NCBI RefSeq assembly: GCF_947568905.1 | Contig: NC_079169.1 | Span: forward strand, 49,724,001 to 49,788,000 | DNA: 64,000 nt | Source: Ostrea edulis | Lineage: Eukaryota | Reading direction: 5' to 3' | Part shown: positions 1-12,300 of the stretch, piece after piece | Layout of the letters: every line of letters starts with the position of its first letter | Numbering within the stretch: position 1 is the first letter of the stretch | Position numbers and translations under genes: made by a program | Notes under the pieces: generated by a model | What the model saw: the letters and a program-made list of their open reading frames with translations, nothing else | Database searches by the model: none | Told to the model about the DNA's origin: nothing

Positions 1-183
1 GGCTATAGACAGTGAAAGATAATGTTATTGCTCCAGCGCCTTAACGGCACCTTACACTGTATGCTTCCCAGGAAGCTGAGAAATTTCTACATTGATATAA
101 GGTCTGCCAGGGTAATAATGTATTGTAAAGCGCTTTGAACAGCTGGAAAAAGCGCTATATAAAACCAATCCTCATTATTATTA
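1..183 (+). mobile_element. 3' part of intronic tRNA-derived SINE (cut by window start)
   Basis: Identical to the 3' half of the SINE copies below; ends in tgtaaagcgctttgaacagctggaaaaagcgctatataaa...cattattatta. Confidence 0.8.
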
Positions 184-217
184 CTGATATCATTATGCTA
201 TTTTGTAATATTCGTAG

Positions 218-331
218 ATATCGATGAGTGTTCTGACGGACCATGCCAGAATGATGGAACCTGTGTAGACCTCATCAACGATTACCAGTGTGCATGTGTT
301 ATGGGATTCAACGGCAAAAACTGTACTGTCG
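218..331 (+). CDS. Unit 1 exon A, cbEGF domain (N)IDECSDGPCQNDGTCVDLINDYQCACVMGFNGKNCTV
   Basis: ttcgtag|ATATCGATGAG...ACTGTCG|gtgagt; 114 nt, phase 1-1. Confidence 0.93.
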
Positions 332-3300
332 GTGAGTGTGCAAGAACGCAATGCACAAACGGGAACTTTTACTCCTGATGAAATAATCCAATACTTCGTT
401 GTTGAAATTAGTCATGAAAAAGTTTTAATCATGACTACGAAGTGTGTTGCATTGGTTGATGATATGAATTGTATTACATTATGCACGAAGGAGCACTATT
501 CAGTGGTAGAAATTGCAGAAACAGTTATTGTTTTATTCATGCCTTGCCGATTGTTGTAGATATCGATGAATGTGTTGACCAACCTTGTGAGAACAATGGA
601 ACATGCGTGGATCTCATCAATGGTTACGAATGTCAATGTGCGTCAGGATTGAATGGAACCAACTGCACACAAAGTAAGGAGATTGTATATAGTGTATGCA
701 TCAGAAAGGGCACATGTTTTCAAATATGATGCTGGCTATTGACTACCTGTAACGTATTTAACGTATTGAGTACGTATCAAATGTTTGCAAATTCACAAAG
801 CGTTTCTTTGGGACTAAATTTTAATCTCTTTTAGTTTATTGCATTCGTAAAGCACGTTTGATTTTAAGTTTGTACAAATTATTATTGTAAGGAATGAATC
901 ACAAAAATTCAAGGAGAAAGTAAAATTATTTCATTTTAAGGAAATGGTATATACGTGGACATGTATGTAGTGATAATGGACAAAAACAGTTTTCCCCTCA
1001 AAATCTGGTACAAATTACACGCTTTTTGAAATGGAAACATCTTGGATTTCTCAACGAAAATTGAAAGTAATCGACACATTCTTGAAGTGGTGTATCTTAT
1101 TAAATTGACAGACAAATTATGCCCTGGTTTACTTTTTTTGTTTGATACTTTTGACATTTTTGCCAAGATTTAAAAAGAAACATCACTGTTTCGCTACACT
1201 ATGAAACAGTAGAAAGACCTTGACGACATTTAATCGTCGTAAAATAGTCTTAAAATATACTGACGTCAGTAATTGAAACGCTGTTCTGATGCCTACAGAG
1301 TGTATTTCATTGGTTGATTTTATGAATGGTGTTACATTATCCACCAAGTATTGGGTCAGAGGAAATGCAGAAAGAATTATTCTATATCTATGCCCTGCGC
1401 ATTGTTGCAGATATCGATGACTGTATTGACCAACCATGCGAGAACAATGGAACATGCGTGGATCTCGTCAATGGCTACAAATGTCAATGCGTGGCAGGAT
1501 TTAATGGAACCAACTGCACAGAAAGTAAGGAGATTGGGTATCAGAATGGACACACTTTTTGAAATATGATACTGAATATTGACAAAGGGTGTCTTGGTGA
1601 TTATTCTTGCTTGGTTTTAATTTTTGGCATTGGTAAATCACGTTTGATTTGAAGTCTGTACAAACTATTATTAATAGGAACACAACAATTTAAAAAGAAA
1701 AGAACATTATTTCATTTTAATGAAATCGTATAAATGTACTGACAACGGATCGAAATAGAGTGTTCCCTCAAAAGATGTTACAAATTGCAGGATTTTTGTT
1801 ATTTCAATGCCTTGGGTTTCTACAAAAATTGAAAATAATGAACACATCATTCAATTCGTGTATCTTTTCATGAAAAAAGATCCTTTCTTTGCTGATATAG
1901 AATCTATTTCATTTCAGATATAGATGGGTGTGTGGCGGAACCTTGTCAGAACAATGGAACATGCATAGATCAAATTAATACCTACGAATGTCAATGTGTT
2001 CCGGGATTTAATTGGACTCACTGCGAGAATAGTAAGTTTCATCAAAATGCAGTTGAAAATAATTGGCCGAAAACTTGTGTGTTAAGGTGATGTTATTGTA
2101 CGCTATATGCCACAATTTTCTTTGAAATTCAGATATGGATGAATGTGCTGGGGATCCTTGTCAAAACAACGGAACGTGTGTGGACCTTGTAAACAACTAC
2201 CAGTGTGATTGTGTCCCTGGTTTTGCAGACACAAACTGTTCAACAAGTAAAGTCTATTTTACCCATCTACATTCAATTTCAATGTCAAATACGCAAGGTT
2301 AAGTGAAGTGTTCGTTGGTGGCGTCGGTGACCTAGTGGTTAGGCTGTCAGACACGCGACCGAAAGGTCTTGGGTTGGAGTCCTGGCCGTGGCAGGGCCGA
2401 CGTTTTGTTCTTGGGAAAGGCACTTTACATGAATTTCCTCACTCCACCCAAGTGTAAAAGGGGTACCTGGCTATAGACAGTGAAAGATAATGTTATTGCT
2501 CCAGCGCCTTAACGGCACCTTACACTGTATGCTTCCCAGGAAGCTGAGAAATTTCTACATTGATATAAGGTCTGCCAGGGTAATAATGTATTGTAAAGCG
2601 CTTTGAACAGCTGGAAAAAGCGCTATATAAAACCAATCCTCATTATTATTACTGATATCATTATGCTATTTTGTAATATTCGTAGATATCGATGAGTGTT
2701 CTGACGGACCATGCCAGAATGATGGAACCTGTGTAGACCTCATCAACGATTACCAGTGTGCATGTGTTATGGGATTCAACGGCAAAAACTGTACTGTCGG
2801 TGAGTGTGCAAGAACGCAATGCACAAACGGGAACTTTTACTCCTGATGAAATAATCCAATACTTCGTTGTTGAAATTAGTCATGAAAAAGTTTTAATCAT
2901 GACTACGAAGTGTGTTGCATTGGTTGATGATATGAATTGTATTACATTATGCACGAAGGAGCACTATTCAGTGGTAGAAATTGCAGAAACAGTTATTGTT
3001 TTATTCATGCCTTGCCGATTGTTGTAGATATCGATGAATGTGTTGACCAACCTTGTGAGAACAATGGAACATGCGTGGATCTCATCAATGGTTACGAATG
3101 TCAATGTGCGTCAGGATTGAATGGAACCAACTGCACGCAAAGTAAGGAGATTGTATATAGTGTATGCATCAGAAAGGGCACATGTTTTCAAATATGATGC
3201 TGGCTATTGACTACCTGTAACGTATTTAACGTATTGAGTACGTATCAAATGTTTGCAAATTCACAAAGCGTTTCTTTGGGACTAAATTTTAATCTCTTTT

Positions 3301-6300
3301 AGTTTATTGCATTCGTAAAGCACGTTTGATTTTAAGTTTGTACAAATTATTATTGTAAGGAATGAATCACAAAAATTCAAGGAGAAAGTAAAATTATTTC
3401 ATTTTAAGGAAATGGTATATACGTGGACATGTATGTAGTGATAATGGACAAAAACAGTTTTCCCCTCAAAATCTGGTACAAATTACACGCTTTTTGAAAT
3501 GGAAACATCTTGGATTTCTCAACGAAAATTGAAAGTAATCGACACATTCTTGAAGTGGTGTATCTTATTAAATTGACAAATTATGCCCTGGTTTACCTTT
3601 CTGTTTGATACTTTTGACATTTTTGCCAAGATTTAAAAAGAAACATCACTGTTTCGCTACACTATGAAACAGTAGAAAGACCTTGACGACATTTAATCGT
3701 CGTAAAATAGTCTTAAAATATACTGACGTCAGTAATTGAAACGCTGTTCTGATGCCTACAGAGTGTATTTCATTGGTTGATTTTATGAATGGTGTTACAT
3801 TATCCACCAAGTATTGGGTCAGAGGAAATGCAGAAAGAATTATTCTATATCTATGCCCTGCGCATTGTTGCAGATATCGATGACTGTATTGACCAACCAT
3901 GCGAGAACAATGGAACATGCGTGGATCTCGTCAATGGCTACAAATGTCAATGCGTGGCAGGATTTAATGGAACCAACTGCACAGAAAGTAAGGAGATTGG
4001 GTATCAGAATGGACACGCTTTTTGAAATATGATACTGAATATTGACAAAGGGTGTCTTGGTGATTATTCTTGCTTGGTTTTAATTTTTGGCATTGGTAAA
4101 TCACGTTTGATTTGAAGTCTGTACAAACTATTATTAATAGGAACACAACAATTTAAAAAGAAAAGAACATTATTTCATTTTAATGAAATCGTATAAATGT
4201 ACTGACAACGGATCGAAATAGAGTGTTCCCTCAAAAGATGTTACAAATTGCAGGATTTTTGTTATTTCAATGCCTTGGGTTTCTACAAAAATTGAAAATA
4301 ATGAACACATCATTCAATTCGTGTATCTTTTCATGAAAAAAGATCCTTTCTTTGCTGATATAGAATCTATTTCATTTCAGATATAGATGGGTGTGTGGCG
4401 GAACCTTGTCAGAACAATGGAACATGCATAGATCAAATTAATACCTACGAATGTCAATGTGTTCCGGGATTTAATTGGACTCACTGCGAGAATAGTAAGT
4501 TTCATCAAAATGCAGTTGAAAATAATTGGCCGAAAACTTGTGTGTTAAGGTGATGCTATTGTACGCTATATCCCACAATTTTCTTTGAAATTCAGATATG
4601 GATGAATGTGCTGGGGATCCTTGTCAAAACAACGGAACGTGTGTGGACCTTGTAAACAACTACCAGTGTGATTGTGTCCCTGGTTTTGCAGACACAAACT
4701 GTTCAACAAGTAAAGTCTATTTTACCCATCTACATTCAATTTCAATGTCAAATACGCAAGGTTAAGTGAAGTGTTCGTTGGTGGCGTCGGTGACCTAGTG
4801 GTTAGGCTGTCAGACGCGCGACCGAAAGGTCTTGGGTTGGAGTCCTGGCCGTGGCAGGGCCGACGTTTTGTTCTTGGGAAAGGCACTTTACATGAATTTC
4901 CTCACTCCACCCAAGTGTAAAAGGGGTACCTGGCTATAGACAGTGAAAGATAATGTTATTGCTCCAGCGCCTTAACGGCACCTTACACTGTATGCTTCCC
5001 AGGAAGCTGAGAAATTTCTACATTGATATAAGGTCTGCCAGGGTAATAATGTATTGTAAAGCGCTTTGAACAGCTGGAAAAAGCGGTATATAAAACCAAT
5101 CCTCATTATTATTACTGATATCATTATGCTATTTTGTAATATTCGTAGATATCGATGAGTGTTCTGACGGACCATGCCAGAATGATGGAACCTGTGTAGA
5201 CCTCATCAACGATTACCAGTGTGCATGTGTTATGGGATTCAACGGCAAAAACTGTACTGTCGGTGAGTGTGCAAGAACGCAATGCACAAACGGGAACTTT
5301 TACTCCTGATGAAATAATCCAATACTTCGTTGTTGAAATTAGTCATGAAAAAGTTTTAATCATGACTACGAAGTGTGTTGCATTGGTTGATGATATGAAT
5401 TGTATTACATTATGCACGAAGGAGCACTATTCAGTGGTAGAAATTGCAGAAACAGTTATTGTTTTATTCATGCCTTGCCGATTGTTGTAGATATCGATGA
5501 ATGTGTTGACCAACCTTGTGAGAACAATGGAACATGCGTGGATCTCATCAATGGTTACGAATGTCAATGTGCGTCAGGATTGAATGGAACCAACTGCACG
5601 CAAAGTAAGGAGATTGTATATAGTGTATGCATCAGAAAGGGCACATGTTTTCAAATATGATGCTGGCTATTGACTACCTGTAACGTATTTAACGTATTGA
5701 GTACGTATCAAATGTTTGCAAATTCACAAAGCGTTTCTTTGGGACTAAATTTTAATCTCTTTTAGTTTATTGCATTCGTAAAGCACGTTTGATTTTAAGT
5801 TTGTACAAATTATTATTGTAAGGAATGAATCACAAAAATTCAAGGAGAAAGTAAAATTATTTCATTTTAAGGAAATAGTATATACGTGGACATGTATGTA
5901 GTGATAATGGACAAAAACAGTTTTCCCCTCAAAATCTGGTACAAATTACACGCTTTTTGAAATGGAAACATCTTGGATTTCTCAACGAAAATTGAAAGTA
6001 ATCGACACATTCTTGAAGTGGTGTATCTTATTAAATTGACAAATTATGCCCTGGTTTACCTTTCTGTTTGATACTTTTGACATTTTTGCCAAGATTTAAA
6101 AAGAAACATCACTGTTTCGCTACACTATGAAACAGTAGAAAGACCTTGACGACATTTAATCGTCGTAAAATAGTCTTAAAATATACTGACGTCAGTAATT
6201 GAAACGCTGTTCTGATGCCTACAGAGTGTATTTCATTGGTTGATTTTATGAATGGTGTTACATTATCCACCAAGTATTGGGTCAGAGGAAATGCAGAAAG

Positions 6301-9300
6301 AATTATTCTATATCTATGCCCTGCGCATTGTTGCAGATATCGATGACTGTATTGACCAACCATGCGAGAACAATGGAACATGCGTGGATCTCGTCAATGG
6401 CTACAAATGTCAATGCGTGGCAGGATTTAATGGAACCAACTGCACAGAAAGTAAGGAGATTGGGTATCAGAATGGACACACTTTTTGAAATATGATACTG
6501 AATATTGACAAAGGGTGTCTTGGTGATTATTCTTGCTTGGTTTTAATTTTTGGCATTGGTAAATCACGTTTGATTTGAAGTCTGTACAAACTATTATTAA
6601 TAGGAACACAACAATTTAAAAAGAAAAGAACATTATTTCATTTTAATGAAATCGTATAAATGTACTGACAACGGATCGAAATAGAGTGTTCCCTCAAAAG
6701 ATGTTACAAATTGCAGGATTTTTGTTATTTCAATGCCTTGGGTTTCTACAAAGATTGAAAATAATGAACACATCATTCAATTCGTGTATCTTTTCATGAA
6801 AAAAGATCCTTTCTTTGCTGATATAGAATCTATTTCATTTCAGATATAGATGGGTGTGTGGCGGAACCTTGTCAGAACAATGGAACATGCATAGATCAAA
6901 TTAATACCTACGAATGTCAATGTGTTCCGGGATTTAATTGGACTCACTGCGAGAATAGTAAGTTTCATCAAAATGCAGTTGAAAATAATTGGCCGAAAAC
7001 TTGTGTGTTAAGGTGATGTTATTGTACGCTATATGCCACAATTTTCTTTGAAATTCAGATATGGATGAATGTGCTGGGGATCCTTGTCAAAACAACGGAA
7101 CGTGTGTGGACCTTGTAAACAACTACCAGTGTGATTGTGTCCCTGGTTTTGCAGACACAAACTGTTCAACAAGTAAAGTCTATTTTACCCATCTACATTC
7201 AATGTCAATGTCAAATACGCAAGGTTAAGTGAAGTGTTCGTTGGTGGCGTCGGTGACCTAGTGGTTAGGCTGTCAGACGCGCGACCGAAAGGTCTTGGGT
7301 TTGAGTCCTGGCCGTGGCAGGGCCGACGTTTTGTTCTTGGGAAAGGCACTTTACATGAATTTCCTCACTCCACCCAAGTGTAAAAGGGGTACCTGGCTAT
7401 AGACAGTGAAAGATAATGTTAGAATGTTATTGCTCCAGCGCCTTAACGGCACCTTACACTGTATGCTTCCCAGGAAGCTGAGAAATTTCTAGATTGATAC
7501 AAGGTCTGCCAGGGTAATAATGTATTGTAAAGCGCTTTGAACAGCTGGAAAAAGCGCTATATAAAACCAATCCTCATTATTATTACTGATATCATTATGC
7601 TATTTTGTAATATTCGTAGATATCGATGAGTGTTCTGACGGACCATGCCAGAATGATGGAACCTGTGTAGACCTCATCAACGATTACCAGTGTGCATGTG
7701 TTATGGGATTCAACGGCAAAAACTGTACTGTCGGTGAGTGTGCAAGAACGCAATGCACAAACGGGAACTTTTACTCCTGATGAAATAATCCAATACTTCG
7801 TTGTTGAAATTAGTCATGAAAAAGTTTTAATCATGACTACGAAGTGTGTTGCATTGGTTGACGATATGAATTGTATTACATTATGCACGAAGGAGCACTA
7901 TTCAGTGGTAGAAATTGCAGAAACAGTTATTGTTTTATTCATGCCTTGCCGATTGTTGTAGATATCGATGAATGTGTTGACCAACCTTGTGAGAACAATG
8001 GAACATGCGTGGATCTCATCAATGGTTACGAATGTCAATGTGCGTCAGGATTGAATGGAACCAACTGCACGCAAAGTAAGGAGATTGTATATAGTGTATG
8101 CATCAGAAAGGGCACATGTTTTCAAATATGATGCTGGCTATTGACTACCTGTAACGTATTTAACGTATTGAGTACGTATCAAATGTTTGCAAATTCACAA
8201 AGCGTTTCTTTGGGACTAAATTTTAATCTCTTTTAGTTTATTGCATTCGTAAAGCACGTTTGATTTTAAGTTTGTACAAATTATTATTGTAAGGAATGAA
8301 TCACAAAAATTCAAGGAGAAAGTAAAATTATTTCATTTTAAGGAAATGGTATATACGTGGACATGTATGTAGTGATAATGGACAAAAACAGTTTTCCCCT
8401 CAAAATCTGGTACAAATTACACGCTTTTTGAAATGGAAACATCTTGGATTTCTCAACGAAAATTGAAAGTAATCGACACATTCTTGAAGTGGTGTATCTT
8501 ATTAAATTGACAAATTATGCCCTGGTTTACCTTTCTGTTTGATACTTTTGACATTTTTGCCAAGATTTAAAAAGAAACATCACTGTTTCGCTACACTATG
8601 AAACAGTAGAAAGACCTTGACGACATTTAATCGTCGTAAAATAGTCTTAAAATATACTGACGTCAGTAATTGAAACGCTGTTCTGATGCCTACAGAGTGT
8701 ATTTCATTGGTTGATTTTATGAATGGTGTTACATTATCCACCAAGTATTGGGTCAGAGGAAATGCAGAAAGAATTATTCTATATCTATGCCCTGCGCATT
8801 GTTGTAGATATCGATGACTGTATTGACCAACCATGCGAGAACAATGGAACATGCGTGGATCTCGTCAATGGCTACAAATGTCAATGCGTGGCAGGATTTA
8901 ATGGAACCAACTGCACAGAAAGTAAGGAGATTGGGTATCAGAATGGACACACTTTTTGAAATATGATACTGAATATTGACAAAGGGTGTCTTGGTGATTA
9001 TTCTTGCTTGGTTTTAATTTTTGGCATTGGTAAATCACGTTTGATTTGAAGTCTGTACAAACTATTATTAATAGGAACACAACAATTTAAAAAGAAAAGA
9101 ACATTATTTCATTTTAATGAAATCGTATAAATGTACTGACAACGGATCGAAATAGAGTGTTCCCTCAAAAGATGTTACAAATTGCAGGATTTTTGTTATT
9201 TCAATGCCTTGGGTTTCTACAAAAATTGAAAATAATGAACACATCATTCAATTCGTGTATCTTTTCATGAAAAAAGATCCTTTCTTTGCTGATATAGAAT

Positions 9301-12300
9301 CTATTTCATTTCAGATATAGATGGGTGTGTGGCGGAACCTTGTCAGAACAATGGAACATGCATAGATCAAATTAATACCTACGAATGTCAATGTGTTCCG
9401 GGATTTAATTGGACTCACTGCGAGAATAGTAAGTTTCATCAAAATGCAGTTGAAAATAATTGGCCGAAAACTTGTGTGTTAAGGTGATGTTATTGTACGC
9501 TATATGCCACAATTTTCTTTGAAATTCAGATATGGATGAATGTGCTGGGGATCCTTGTCAAAACAACGGAACGTGTGTGGACCTTGTAAACAACTACCAG
9601 TGTGATTGTGTCCCTGGTTTTGCAGACACAAACTGTTCAACAAGTAAAGTCTATTTTACCCATCTACATTCAATTTCAATGTCAAATACGCAAGGTTAAG
9701 TGAAGTGTTCGTTGGTGGCGTCGGTGACCTAGTGGTTAGGCTGTCAGACACGCGACCGAAAGGTCTTGGGTTGGAGTCCTGGCCGTGGCAGGGCCGACGT
9801 TTTGTTCTTGGGAAAGGCACTTTACATGAATTTCCTCACTCCACCCAAGTGTAAAAGGGGTACCTGGCTATAGACAGTGAAAGATAATGTTATTGCTCCA
9901 GCGCCTTAACGGCACCTTACACTGTATGCTTCCCAGGAAGCTGAGAAATTTCTACATTGATATAAGGTCTGCCAGGGTAATAATGTATTGTAAAGCGCTT
10001 TGAACAGCTGGAAAAAGCGGTATATAAAACCAATCCTCATTATTATTACTGATATCATTATGCTATTTTGTAATATTCGTAGATATCGATGAGTGTTCTG
10101 ACGGACCATGCCAGAATGATGGAACCTGTGTAGACCTCATCAACGATTACCAGTGTGCATGTGTTATGGGATTCAACGGCAAAAACTGTACTGTCGGTGA
10201 GTGTGCAAGAACGCAATGCACAAACGGGAACTTTTACTCCTGATGAAATAATCCAATACTTCGTTGTTGAAATTAGTCATGAAAAAGTTTTAATCATGAC
10301 TACGAAGTGTGTTGCATTGGTTGATGATATGAATTGTATTACATTATGCACGAAGGAGCACTATTCAGTGGTAGAAATTGCAGAAACAGTTATTGTTTTA
10401 TTCATGCCTTGCCGATTGTTGTAGATATCGATGAATGTGTTGACCAACCTTGTGAGAACAATGGAACATGCGTGGATCTCATCAATGGTTACGAATGTCA
10501 ATGTGCGTCAGGATTGAATGGAACCAACTGCACACAAAGTAAGGAGATTGTATATAGTGTATGCATCAGAAAGGGCACATGTTTTCAAATATGATGCTGG
10601 CTATTGACTACCTGTAACGTATTTAACGTATTGAGTACGTATCAAATGTTTGCAAATTCACAAAGCGTTTCTTTGGGACTAAATTTTAATCTCTTTTAGT
10701 TTATTGCATTCGTAAAGCACGTTTGATTTTAAGTTTGTACAAATTATTATTGTAAGGAATGAATCACAAAAATTCAAGGAGAAAGTAAAATTATTTCATT
10801 TTAAGGAAATGGTATATACGTGGACATGTATGTAGTGATAATGGACAAAAACAGTTTTCCCCTCAAAATCTGGTACAAATTACACGCTTTTTGAAATGGA
10901 AACATCTTGGATTTCTCAACGAAAATTGAAAGTAATCGACACATTCTTGAAGTGGTGTATCTTATTAAATTGACAGACAAATTATGCCCTGGTTTACTTT
11001 TTTTGTTTGATACTTTTGACATTTTTGCCAAGATTTAAAAAGAAACATCACTGTTTCGCTACACTATGAAACAGTAGAAAGACCTTGACGACATTTAATC
11101 GTCGTAAAATAGTCTTAAAATATACTGACGTCAGTAATTGAAACGCTGTTCTGATGCCTACAGAGTGTATTTCATTGGTTGATTTTATGAATGGTGTTAC
11201 ATTATCCACCAAGTATTGGGTCAGAGGAAATGCAGAAAGAATTATTCTATATCTATGCCCTGCGCATTGTTGCAGATATCGATGACTGTATTGACCAACC
11301 ATGCGAGAACAATGGAACATGCGTGGATCTCGTCAATGGCTACAAATGTCAATGCGTGGCAGGATTTAATGGAACCAACTGCACAGAAAGTAAGGAGATT
11401 GGGTATCAGAATGGACACACTTTTTGAAATATGATACTGAATATTGACAAAGGGTGTCTTGGTGATTATTCTTGCTTGGTTTTAATTTTTGGCATTGGTA
11501 AATCACGTTTGATTTGAAGTCTGTACAAACTATTATTAATAGGAACACAACAATTTAAAAAGAAAAGAACATTATTTCATTTTAATGAAATCGTATAAAT
11601 GTACTGACAACGGATCGAAATAGAGTGTTCCCTCAAAAGATGTTACAAATTGCAGGATTTTTGTTATTTCAATGCCTTGGGTTTCTACAAAAATTGAAAA
11701 TAATGAACACATCATTCAATTCGTGTATCTTTTCATGAAAAAAGATCCTTTCTTTGCTGATATAGAATCTATTTCATTTCAGATATAGATGGGTGTGTGG
11801 CGGAACCTTGTCAGAACAATGGAACATGCATAGATCAAATTAATACCTACGAATGTCAATGTGTTCCGGGATTTAATTGGACTCACTGCGAGAATAGTAA
11901 GTTTCATCAAAATGCAGTTGAAAATAATTGGCCGAAAACTTGTGTGTTAAGGTGATGTTATTGTACGCTATATGCCACAATTTTCTTTGAAATTCAGATA
12001 TGGATGAATGTGCTGGGGATCCTTGTCAAAACAACGGAACGTGTGTGGACCTTGTAAACAACTACCAGTGTGATTGTGTCCCTGGTTTTGCAGACACAAA
12101 CTGTTCAACAAGTAAAGTCTATTTTACCCATCTACATTCAATTTCAATGTCAAATACGCAAGGTTAAGTGAAGTGTTCGTTGGTGGCGTCGGTGACCTAG
12201 TGGTTAGGCTGTCAGACACGCGACCGAAAGGTCTTGGGTTGGAGTCCTGGCCGTGGCAGGGCCGACGTTTTGTTCTTGGGAAAGGCACTTTACATGAATT

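Larger units (their letters stand above)
440..1870 (+). repeat. Older diverged tandem duplication inside each unit: module B (~440-1098) versus module C (~1298-1867), offset ~851 bp
   Basis: About 120 nt upstream and about 350-420 nt downstream of exons B and C are alignable, e.g. cattggttgat..atgaa, gcagaaa, gtaaggagattg, aaatatgat, cacgtttgattt, attatttcattttaa, ccctcaaaa, aaaattgaaa, gtgtatctt. Confidence 0.85.

Noticed and set aside
152-166. TATA box (gctatataaaacc)
   Set aside because: It is part of the LINE-like SINE 3' tail inside an intron, and no other promoter evidence was seen.
748-960. Clustered ACGT cores (taacgtatt x2, tacgta, cacgtt, tacgtg) as HRE/bZIP sites
   Set aside because: These are short motifs expected by chance, partly from a local 9-nt duplication, and there is no independent support.
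290-1683. ORF-track proteins (MHVLWD..., MYYIMH..., MVLHYP..., MGQRKC..., and minus-strand MAKMSK..., MFHCSR..., MFLLII..., MVRQNT...) and their repeats
   Set aside because: They are intron read-throughs around single EGF exons or off-frame/antisense ORFs. They recur only because the DNA is repeated, and they are opened and closed by intronic SNPs.
2317-2395. tRNA gene
   Set aside because: It has A/B-box-like motifs but a mutated T-loop and no clean acceptor or anticodon stem, and it continues into CORE-like and LINE-like tail sequence. It is a SINE head.
2300-2685. Target-site duplication around the SINE
   Set aside because: No convincing direct repeat was found between the 5' flank (aagtgaagtgttcgtt) and the 3' flank (ctgatatcattatgc).
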